DNA of 64,000 nucleotides from Escherichia coli (GTDB lineage Bacteria; Pseudomonadota; Gammaproteobacteria; Enterobacterales; Enterobacteriaceae): NCBI RefSeq assembly GCF_024298765.1, contig NZ_CP101210.1; one strand, 5' to 3'. Shown piece by piece: positions 56,937 to 64,000 of this stretch (position 1 is its first letter; each line of letters starts with the position of its first letter). The notes under the pieces were generated by a model. It saw only the letters and a program-made list of their open reading frames with translations, ran no database searches and was not told where the DNA came from. The position numbers and the translations under genes were made by a program.

Positions 56937-59102
56937 TCAGAAATCGAAGGTGACGGATGCACGCACTTCGCGGCCGCCGCCGATAAACGCACTTGGGGAA
57001 CCGTTATCGCCATCGGTACCCGATGGGAAGATAGAAGCCCAGTAATGTTTATCAAACACGTTGTTTACCACCACGCGGAAAGTGGTTGGGACGTTGCTCA
57101 CTTTCGTGGTGTAACGCGTTCCCAAATCCCATGTGGTATAGCTGCTGGCGTAAGAGGTGTTGGTATCGTTCGCCGCGCGTTTGCCCGTATAATGGACGTT
57201 AGCGCTGTAAACCCATTCCGGTATGGACGGCAAACTGTATTCCGCCAACAGATTGGCCTGCACTTTCGGCACGCCGACAACCTGTTTATTGCTGGTTGAG
57301 GCATTCGCCGTATCTTTCAGTTTCGGGTCGAGGAAGGTCACGCCGCTGTAAATATTCAGCCCCTGCCACACATTCCCGGCAGCGGTTAACTCAAGGCCGT
57401 TGTTAACCTGGTTACCCTGCTCTTTATACACGTTATCCGTATCAAGATAGGCAAACGGACGTTCCAGTCGGAACAGCGCGGCGCCTAGATTCATCTCGCC
57501 GATGTCCGATTTTAGCCCCACTTCATACTGCTTGCTGCGATACGGGTTTAGCGTTTGACCGGCATTTTTTACGCTCTCATCCGTCGGTGCGGTACCGCCC
57601 TGCTCCAGCGAATCGGCATAGCTAACGTAGGCCATTGTGTTAGGGGTAATTTTATACATCAGCGCGGCGTTCGGACTTAAACCATTTTCATCAACCTGGT
57701 TCGTTTGATTACCGTGCTTATCGTAGTTTTTAGTCTGCAGCCAGCTCTGGCTGAGATAGAACATTGCCGACCACTGCGGCGTAAATGTCACCGTATCGCC
57801 GAGCGTAACGCTCTGCTGAGTATTTACGCTGGAGCGGTATCGCGGCCCGCCGGTGCGGATTTTGCCATCGCCCTGCTCATCTATCGCATCCGGGTGATAC
57901 ATATTTGTTGTACCCCAGCTATAGCTGGAACCTGTTCCTTTGGCACTATAAAGCGACCAGACATATCCCGTGGTAGAAAGTGACAGATCGTGGCCGATAG
58001 AGCCGGTATCAATATGACCATTCAGCCCGGCGGTGTTGCTCAGGACGCGAAAACGTCCGGCAGCGGTGGAATCCTTCATCGAACGAGAGATATCGCCCTG
58101 ATTGTTGAGTATTTTACTGGAAACACTACGCATCGCGCGGTCAGCCTGCTGCCAGCCCACGCCAGCGTTCATGGACCAGTCGTCGTTAAAGTAGTGGATC
58201 AGGCGAGTGCTGATGGTATCGGTAGTGAGGTCGTTGCCCGCAGTGCTGAGCGCCAGATTTTTGTCCTTCGGATTCGGCGCAGACGGCAGTTTGACGTTCG
58301 GCCCATAGTTAAAGCTACCGACATAGCCTTTCTGGATAAATTCGTAATGGCTGGCGTCGAGCTGTAGCTGAGTGCCCGGCTGAATATTCCAGTCGAGCGC
58401 AACGGAAACGAGTTTGCGACGCAGCGTGCTGTCATCCACATTGCCTTCCCCTTCCTGATCAAGCAGGTTCACGCGATAGCCAAACCGTTTGTTTTCATCA
58501 AAATGGCCACCCAGATCGGCATGGCCGGTAAACGCACTGCGGCTTTGATAGCCCAGCGTCACTTTACGCAGCGTCTCTTCGGTTGGGCGCTTCGCCACGA
58601 AATTAAACTGCCCTGCTGGGCTCGCCGGGCCGTACAGCGCGCCGGTCAAACTGTTAAGCACATCCATGCGCTCAAGCATTTCCACCGGAAACGCGGTTGT
58701 TGAAACGATATTCAGCCCGTCCAGACGGCTGTTGGCCACCACGCTGCCCTGCATCCCCCGACTTTGCGGACGCCCGACATCCATTCCACCGCGCGCCTGC
58801 ATTTGCGTACTGGGAGAGTATTTCAGCATCTCGCTGACGCTTTGCGCCTGCTGATTTTCAATCATCTCTTTAGTTACAGTGGTGCTGGAATATGGTGTTT
58901 CGATCCAGGATTTCGTTCCCAGCGGGCCGACATCTATATCGTTCGTTTTGAAACCGGCACCGGCGGCAGAATCGGTGGTGTCGGCGGCGGTGTTGCCCGT
59001 GACAATCATTTCATCTTCAGAAGTAGACGAGGCATGAGCATGAAGCGGTATGAAAGACGCTAATGCTGGCAAAAGCGCAGCGAAAGTTATTTGAGTTTTC
59101 AT
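56937..59102 (-). CDS. TonB-dependent outer membrane receptor
   Basis: 721-aa ORF with signal peptide, plug-domain region and C-terminal aromatic residue (ends ...RASVTFDF). Confidence 0.85.
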   Translation of the reverse strand: MKTQITFAALLPALASFIPLHAHASSTSEDEMIVTGNTAADTTDSAAGAGFKTNDIDVGPLGTKSWIETPYSSTTVTKEMIENQQAQSVSEMLKYSPSTQMQARGGMDVGRPQSRGMQGSVVANSRLDGLNIVSTTAFPVEMLERMDVLNSLTGALYGPASPAGQFNFVAKRPTEETLRKVTLGYQSRSAFTGHADLGGHFDENKRFGYRVNLLDQEGEGNVDDSTLRRKLVSVALDWNIQPGTQLQLDASHYEFIQKGYVGSFNYGPNVKLPSAPNPKDKNLALSTAGNDLTTDTISTRLIHYFNDDWSMNAGVGWQQADRAMRSVSSKILNNQGDISRSMKDSTAAGRFRVLSNTAGLNGHIDTGSIGHDLSLSTTGYVWSLYSAKGTGSSYSWGTTNMYHPDAIDEQGDGKIRTGGPRYRSSVNTQQSVTLGDTVTFTPQWSAMFYLSQSWLQTKNYDKHGNQTNQVDENGLSPNAALMYKITPNTMAYVSYADSLEQGGTAPTDESVKNAGQTLNPYRSKQYEVGLKSDIGEMNLGAALFRLERPFAYLDTDNVYKEQGNQVNNGLELTAAGNVWQGLNIYSGVTFLDPKLKDTANASTSNKQVVGVPKVQANLLAEYSLPSIPEWVYSANVHYTGKRAANDTNTSYASSYTTWDLGTRYTTKVSNVPTTFRVVVNNVFDKHYWASIFPSGTDGDNGSPSAFIGGGREVRASVTFDF

Positions 59103-59352
59103 GAATCACTGATCGTTATGTAAATATTTATATTACGATCGGTGCATAGGCAAAATTATGATCCAGATCACACGTGAATGTAAGTTATTTACAAATTACG
59201 CTAACCTTCTGTCTCCGCTCTTTGCAGCATAAAAGTATGGCGGCGCGTTGTTGAAAGCAGGAGCGGCCGGGTTGTCAGAAAGCTGGTTTGGACGCAAGTA
59301 ATATATAACAACTCTGATTACCGCATACTGTCAGGACAGTATCTACTTGAGC

Positions 59353-59418
59353 GTCCGCCTTTGGCACAGAGCGGACGATATCACTGAGCTGAAGGTCCGC
59401 TGAGAGCGAGGAGCGGAA
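59353..59418. repeat. hairpin repeat family, copies B1 and B2
   Basis: Two adjacent hairpins: GTCCGCC-TTTGGCACAGA-GCGGAC at 59353-59376 and GTCCGCT-GAGAGCGAGG-AGCGGAA at 59395-59418. Confidence 0.65.
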
Positions 59419-59584
59419 GTAAGCATGTATCTGCTAATGCGAAAAATCACTAACGAAACATTGGATCCCCATTGTTGCCGATCTTTAGTGGCGTTCAAGA
59501 TTAGCCCCAATCCTGATTATCATTTGATTACACTGACTGAAATGATATAAAACCTAATTATCTGATATTTGTAGGGGTTTAGTA

Positions 59585-60394
59585 ATGTCACTTCCTGTTC
59601 CTTTTGGTGCAATTGTTACAGTAGTGAAGAAATGCTGGTCTACTCTTACCCAGATAATGCTGATAAAAACTTATCAACTCTCACATGAGCGCTGGGCAGT
59701 GAGACACAGGCTAGGGGCGAGCTGGCATTCCTTAGGGAATTATTTGGAGTACAGTCTACGATTTGCTCAGTTGACAGATAAAGAACCTCGTTGTTCACGT
59801 ATTGCTTTCAGAAGCAAAGAGGAACGACTGCAACAAGTTGAACTTGTTTTTGAAGCCATTGGCAGTGGCTTACGCTACCAAGAAACACTATGCATTCATG
59901 ATGTAAATAACTCACCGATAATATTAACGCTTTCAAATATTCCTACACTTGATGTACTTATTCTAGATGATGGATTCGCATTTACGGTTGAACAGTACCA
60001 GTTAAAATATTGCACGATAAAATTAATGACTGGTGAAAGTATATCTATTGACAATTCGCCCAAATATTCGCTAATGCAAAACTGGTGTCTCAATGATACA
60101 TGGAAACGGCGTTGGGGTATCATCTGGAACTGTAATGCAATTGAATGTGCCCGAAGGCGTATTGCTGAATATTGGAAATGGGGCTTTTGTCTGCCGTTAG
60201 TGGGACGCCCCCCGTTATATTCACCATCGCGAAAAGGTATTCATCTGTTTGAAGCAAAACCGTTACGCTGGTTTATGACACGCCCATGGTGTCTGAATAT
60301 CCAGTTTTGGACGGCAATTTGGTCAGGACTGTTTATTCTCAGCGATGAGAATGTCTTGCAATGGCGCTGGAAAGAGCCACCACAACAAGACTAA
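59585..60394 (+). CDS. hypothetical protein, 269 aa, Trp-rich C-terminus
   Basis: Uninterrupted ORF bounded by hairpin repeats B and C. No family recognised. Confidence 0.45.
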   Translation: MSLPVPFGAIVTVVKKCWSTLTQIMLIKTYQLSHERWAVRHRLGASWHSLGNYLEYSLRFAQLTDKEPRCSRIAFRSKEERLQQVELVFEAIGSGLRYQETLCIHDVNNSPIILTLSNIPTLDVLILDDGFAFTVEQYQLKYCTIKLMTGESISIDNSPKYSLMQNWCLNDTWKRRWGIIWNCNAIECARRRIAEYWKWGFCLPLVGRPPLYSPSRKGIHLFEAKPLRWFMTRPWCLNIQFWTAIWSGLFILSDENVLQWRWKEPPQQD

Positions 60395-60408
60395 CTTTCA
60401 CGAAGGCC

Positions 60409-60432
60409 GTCCGCTCTGAGCGAGGAGCGGAC
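60409..60432. repeat. hairpin repeat family, copy C (GTCCGCTC-TGAGCGAGG-AGCGGAC)
   Basis: Perfect 8-bp stem located 15 bp after the stop of ORF 59585-60394. No downstream T-tract. Confidence 0.65.
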
Positions 60433-60511
60433 CTCAGTGCTGGTTAGATTAACTAGTCTAATTGTGACTACCTAATTTGAAACGATATAAAAATGGTATG
60501 ATACATGATCA

Positions 60512-61249
60512 CTAATCTTTATCTGGAATATCTCTCGCATCGTAATAATCAATCCCAAGTCCAAAGCTTAACTCAAGCCCCTCAGGACCTCCGTGGATAT
60601 CGCCAACCCCAAATGTATTTGGAGCATTATTATTTCTGAATTTTTCAAGATCATTTTTATTTGGAGGCGATTTGTCGTCATTAGAGAGATCTGGAAGTGG
60701 ATCTAACTCAAAATAATCAACTCCAGCAGGGTTATAGGCAAGGTAAAAATTTCTATAGTTGCCAGGATTTCCTAAATAATGCCCTTCTTCATATTGATAG
60801 AACTTCGAAGAATAGCTCGACTGTAAATAATCAATATCACTTCCAAAATCTTTGAACTTATGTCCAAGGGTTTTTCTCAGATATGGTACTTCAGGATGAA
60901 AATTCTCATCCTTGCTGGTTACGGAATAGAGTATCACTGTGTTATTATTATCATAAACCACTTGCAGATAGAACTTTTTGAAAGAGTAAATATACTCATG
61001 AACCCTCCCATCCTCAGAATGTTCTTCCTTCACGGGAGGGCCAAAAATTGACTCGATGTACTTTATTGACGCTCCGGTGTAAATCACATGAAGATTATCC
61101 TCTGCTTTTTTTTGCAAAAAATTATCTGCGATATGTTGATATAAATCAAACACTCCGTTCAATGCAACAAAATATCCAAGAACAGCAAGAATACCACTCA
61201 AAAAAACAGTAATTAATGATTTTTTAAGTTTTTTAGGGGGATGTGACAT
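60512..61249 (-). CDS. hypothetical membrane-anchored protein, 245 aa
   Basis: ORF with a single N-terminal hydrophobic helix (LITVFLSGILAVLGYFVALNGVF) and Tyr/Asn-rich body. AT-rich codon usage. Confidence 0.45.
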   Translation of the reverse strand: MSHPPKKLKKSLITVFLSGILAVLGYFVALNGVFDLYQHIADNFLQKKAEDNLHVIYTGASIKYIESIFGPPVKEEHSEDGRVHEYIYSFKKFYLQVVYDNNNTVILYSVTSKDENFHPEVPYLRKTLGHKFKDFGSDIDYLQSSYSSKFYQYEEGHYLGNPGNYRNFYLAYNPAGVDYFELDPLPDLSNDDKSPPNKNDLEKFRNNNAPNTFGVGDIHGGPEGLELSFGLGIDYYDARDIPDKD

Positions 61250-61476
61250 AGTTCCTCTCTTTTTGTTTTTTAATTTTTTTGGAGTGTATCATGATTTCTC
61301 TCTTATTTTTTCAAAATTCTATTTATTTCTGAATGCAAAGTAAAACGCTGACATGCAAAAAAGTCATTCTTATTTAAGATTAAGTCAAAAATTTATCGAA
61401 AGACATTCTATTAATCTTACATGAATAGAGCAACGTCCGCATCTGGCACAGGACTGCTGTTGCAGCCCTGGCAACC

Positions 61477-62085
61477 TTAGACTTCAATCGATTCAGAGAT
61501 CTCTAACGCATCATCGACTTCAATGCCCAGATAACGGACTGTGCTTTCCAGTTTCTTATGGCCTAACAGAAGTTGGATCACCCTGAGATTCTTAGTTTTC
61601 TTGTAAATCAGGTAAGGTTTTGTTCTTCTCAAGGAATGTGTACTGTAAAGCGAATCTTCGAGACCAAGTTTTGCTACCCACCCATGAAAAATTCGGTTGT
61701 ATTGCCGGGTTGATATGTGTTGGTTAGTACCGACCCGAGATCGGAACAAATAGTCTTTACTGCGTAAATTGCCAAGCTTTATCAATGCAGAAACAGCTTC
61801 TCTTGTCCCTTTGGTTATCTCAAATTGGACAGGGCTGCCGGTTTTCTGTTGTAGAACCGTAGCTCTGCTTGAAACAGAGCTACCATATGCAACATCAGAT
61901 ACTTTGAGTTTGACTAGATCACAGCCTCGAAGCTTACTGTCCAAGGCCATGTTGAACAGAGCTAAATCGCGTGTTTTACCTTCCAGTTCAAGTCGGATTC
62001 GGATACCCCAGATATGAGATATCTGAAGTGGTCTTTTTTGGCCTATGATACGGTCTTTGTTCCACGGTGACGTGTTCATACTCAA
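61477..62085 (-). CDS. small tyrosine recombinase, catalytic domain only (FimB/FimE-sized)
   Basis: 202-aa ORF with tyrosine-recombinase catalytic signatures: HSLRRT (H-x-x-R), LLGH, and RY in TVRYLG. No N-terminal arm- or core-binding domain. Confidence 0.65.
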   Translation of the reverse strand: MSMNTSPWNKDRIIGQKRPLQISHIWGIRIRLELEGKTRDLALFNMALDSKLRGCDLVKLKVSDVAYGSSVSSRATVLQQKTGSPVQFEITKGTREAVSALIKLGNLRSKDYLFRSRVGTNQHISTRQYNRIFHGWVAKLGLEDSLYSTHSLRRTKPYLIYKKTKNLRVIQLLLGHKKLESTVRYLGIEVDDALEISESIEV

Positions 62086-62474
62086 ATCTCCTGCAATGTG
62101 GGAGATTTGAGTATGGTTGTCCTTATGAGCGAGGCGCGGAAGCTCACTTTAGGGCAATCTAATTCACATGTCAGAGGATTTATAAAAAGAGAATAGTGCA
62201 GATTTTAGGGATACTTACACTTGCTATGGCATACTTTTTGGGACCCCATCAGTTTAGGGATCTGAATCGCCACAGCTTTGGTAGGCACCTGCTTTATGGT
62301 CACGTGCACCCGAAGATCCTGCGGGTACGCATGGGTCACGAAAAGTACGAGTCTACAGAAGTTAATTTACGGTTTTTTGCGCTCGATGTGGCTGCCAGCT
62401 ACCAAGTCCAGTTTACACTGGATACAACTAACGCGCTGTAGCAACTGCGTGGTGGAAGCTGATTAAAGGAGATA

Positions 62475-63578
62475 ATGATGTTCGATGTTGACGATACTGC
62501 ACCCGATACTCCCGCCCCCCGTGAACTCAGTCAGGATGTGCAGGCGCTGATCAACAATGGTCTGGATTTTCTGGATAAAGCCCGTGAAGAGTTGGAGGCC
62601 TCGAAGCCGAAGTTCTCCGTCGTCAGTTTCTGGACTGCGGTCGAGATTTTACTGAAAGTTCCGCTGGCGCACGAACACTGGTCGTTGGTCTGCAGCCCGA
62701 AAAAGCCAATAAAAAAGCAGGCTTACCTAGCCGGTGATTTTCAGTCGGTGACCTACGAAGAAACCCGTGAAAGGCTTAAGGACGTACTTGAAAGACCCCT
62801 AGACAGAGAAACGGACAGTGCTTTTGATAAGGTCAGAAAGCACCGCAACCGCGTAGTTCATTTCTACCACCCCACTTTCACCGAGGCTGAACAACGTCAA
62901 ATACTCAAAGAACAAGCTGACGCCTGGTTTGCCCTGAACCGGTTATTAAGGGATGAATGGAAAGTTATCTTCGGTGTCAAACATAATTGGAAGCTGGCTT
63001 TCGGTGAAACTCGTCTGATTAGGGGAAACAAATTTTATGCCGAGGTGCGGTTTAAACAGGTTAAGCCTGAACTCGAGCAGCTCTCTGAAAAGAATATTCA
63101 AATCGGTAACTGCAATGAGTGCCATCAGCATGCGACGGTAACAGGGACTGAAACGACCGGTAATGAAAACCGTAAGCTTGAAGTTACGCGGTGTAAGGTT
63201 TGCACCAGTGCTGTAAGGCAAATTACCCTAGTTTGTCCAGACTGCGAAATACCTCAATTGCTACCTGAGGGAGATAGTGATTTTGAATGCGAACACTGCG
63301 ACTACACTTCGGATAGGTATAAACTGCTGGATGAGGAGTTGTTCCACAGTGTGGATGAACAGCTACTCTCCGTATTTCCTGCTGGATGTACCAATTGCAT
63401 GACTCCTGAAAGCGTATGTAAATTTGGAGACGGCTATCTTTGCACTCAGTGTTTCATCTATTACACCGAGCTTCATGTATGTGGTTGTTGCGGTCACCTG
63501 AGCGATAGCGTTCCTGAACTGAGCCATATCCGAGGATGTGAATTTTGTGATGGTGACCAACGTTATTTTGATGACTGA
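62475..63578 (+). CDS. hypothetical protein with HEPN-like R-x4-H motif and C-terminal multi-CxxC zinc-ribbon region
   Basis: 367-aa ORF with KHRNRVVHF (R-x4-H) in an alpha-helical N-terminal half, followed by at least 8 CxxC/CxxH pairs (CNECHQH, CKVC, CPDC, CEHC, CTNC, CTQC, CGCCGH, CEFC). Confidence 0.5.
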   Translation: MMFDVDDTAPDTPAPRELSQDVQALINNGLDFLDKAREELEASKPKFSVVSFWTAVEILLKVPLAHEHWSLVCSPKKPIKKQAYLAGDFQSVTYEETRERLKDVLERPLDRETDSAFDKVRKHRNRVVHFYHPTFTEAEQRQILKEQADAWFALNRLLRDEWKVIFGVKHNWKLAFGETRLIRGNKFYAEVRFKQVKPELEQLSEKNIQIGNCNECHQHATVTGTETTGNENRKLEVTRCKVCTSAVRQITLVCPDCEIPQLLPEGDSDFECEHCDYTSDRYKLLDEELFHSVDEQLLSVFPAGCTNCMTPESVCKFGDGYLCTQCFIYYTELHVCGCCGHLSDSVPELSHIRGCEFCDGDQRYFDD

Positions 63579-63618
63579 ATTACCATACATAATCTAGGCT
63601 CTTCAGGGATGGGTTGGA

Positions 63619-63646
63619 CAGTCCGCTCCTGGCACAGAGCGGACTG
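63619..63646. repeat. hairpin repeat family, copy D (CAGTCCGCTC-CTGGCACAG-AGCGGACTG)
   Basis: 10-bp stem located about 40 bp after the stop of ORF 62475-63578. Loop shares GGCACAGAGCGGAC with copy B1. Confidence 0.65.
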
Positions 63647-63799
63647 TCAGATTAGATTCAGACCTGTACTCATTAGCTGATACAAATCAGCCACATATAC
63701 CTGCATTCCAAATAATTTCAGGCAGATATTATCTCCGTGAATCCCCCCGCCACCTTTCCGGTGCGCGGGGTTTTGTCTTTTTTCACCGGGAATACATGT

Positions 63800-64000
63800 A
63801 TGAATCCGTCTGATGCCATTGAGGCAATTGAAAAACCGCTCTCCTCCCTGCCTTACTCACTTTCCCGTCACATCCTGGAACATCTGCGCAAACTCACCAG
63901 CCACGAACCCGTGCCTGGCATTATGGGTAAAAGCGGGGCCGGTAAATCCTCACTCTGTAATGCACTGTTTCAGGGGGAGGTCACCCCGGTCAGTGCACTC
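63800..64000 (+). CDS. YeeP/YfjP/YkfA-family GTPase of CP4-type cryptic prophages (5' part, runs off window)
   Basis: Translation MNPSDAIEAIEKPLSSLPYSLSRHILEHLRKLTSHEPVPGIMGKSGAGKSSLCNALF includes a P-loop (GKSGAGKSS) and matches this prophage GTPase family. Confidence 0.75.
   Translation, partial: MNPSDAIEAIEKPLSSLPYSLSRHILEHLRKLTSHEPVPGIMGKSGAGKSSLCNALFQGEVTPVSAL

Noticed and set aside
59103-59330. Possible Fur box upstream of the TonB-dependent receptor gene
   Set aside because: Only weak partial matches to the GATAATGATAATCATTATC consensus (for example AAATTATGATCCAGATCAC), so I did not call it as a feature.
60409-63646. Hairpin repeats C and D as Rho-independent terminators
   Set aside because: Both directly follow stop codons but lack a downstream T-tract, and they share extended sequence with copies that are not at gene 3' ends. 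I treated them as a repeat family instead.

Overview
Escherichia coli chromosomal segment, in reverse orientation relative to the K-12 map as I recall it. Three blocks: (1) 1-10300, the distal part of a thrW-associated island: IS903, an AlpA/YfjI-like/YagK-like CP4-type module and unknown cargo ORFs, with no integrase next to the tRNA. (2) 10301-31975, conserved core: thrW, proA, proB, phoE, crl, frsA, gpt, pepD, intact prfH and rtcB-like, yafP, dinB, the lafU'/lfhA' Flag-2 deletion scar, REP/BIME arrays, yafL, yafK, yafJ, gmhA, fadE, ivy, yafV. (3) 32000-64000, an accessory island of the kind found at aspV: an IS630-family remnant, a complete type I secretion adhesin locus matching the tosRCBDAEF architecture (RTX adhesin with perfect 1005-bp tandem repeats), IS3/ISL3 fragments, an intact IS2, a second AlpA module, a TonB-dependent receptor/ABC uptake operon, and a cassette-like region whose gene units are punctuated by a family of related hairpin repeats (core GTCCGCTC-N8-10-GAGCGGAC) and that carries a catalytic-domain-only tyrosine recombinase and a HEPN-motif/multi-zinc-ribbon protein. 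This last region is my best candidate for an undescribed system. All calls rest on reading the supplied translations and sequence and on recalled family signatures; no database search was run.
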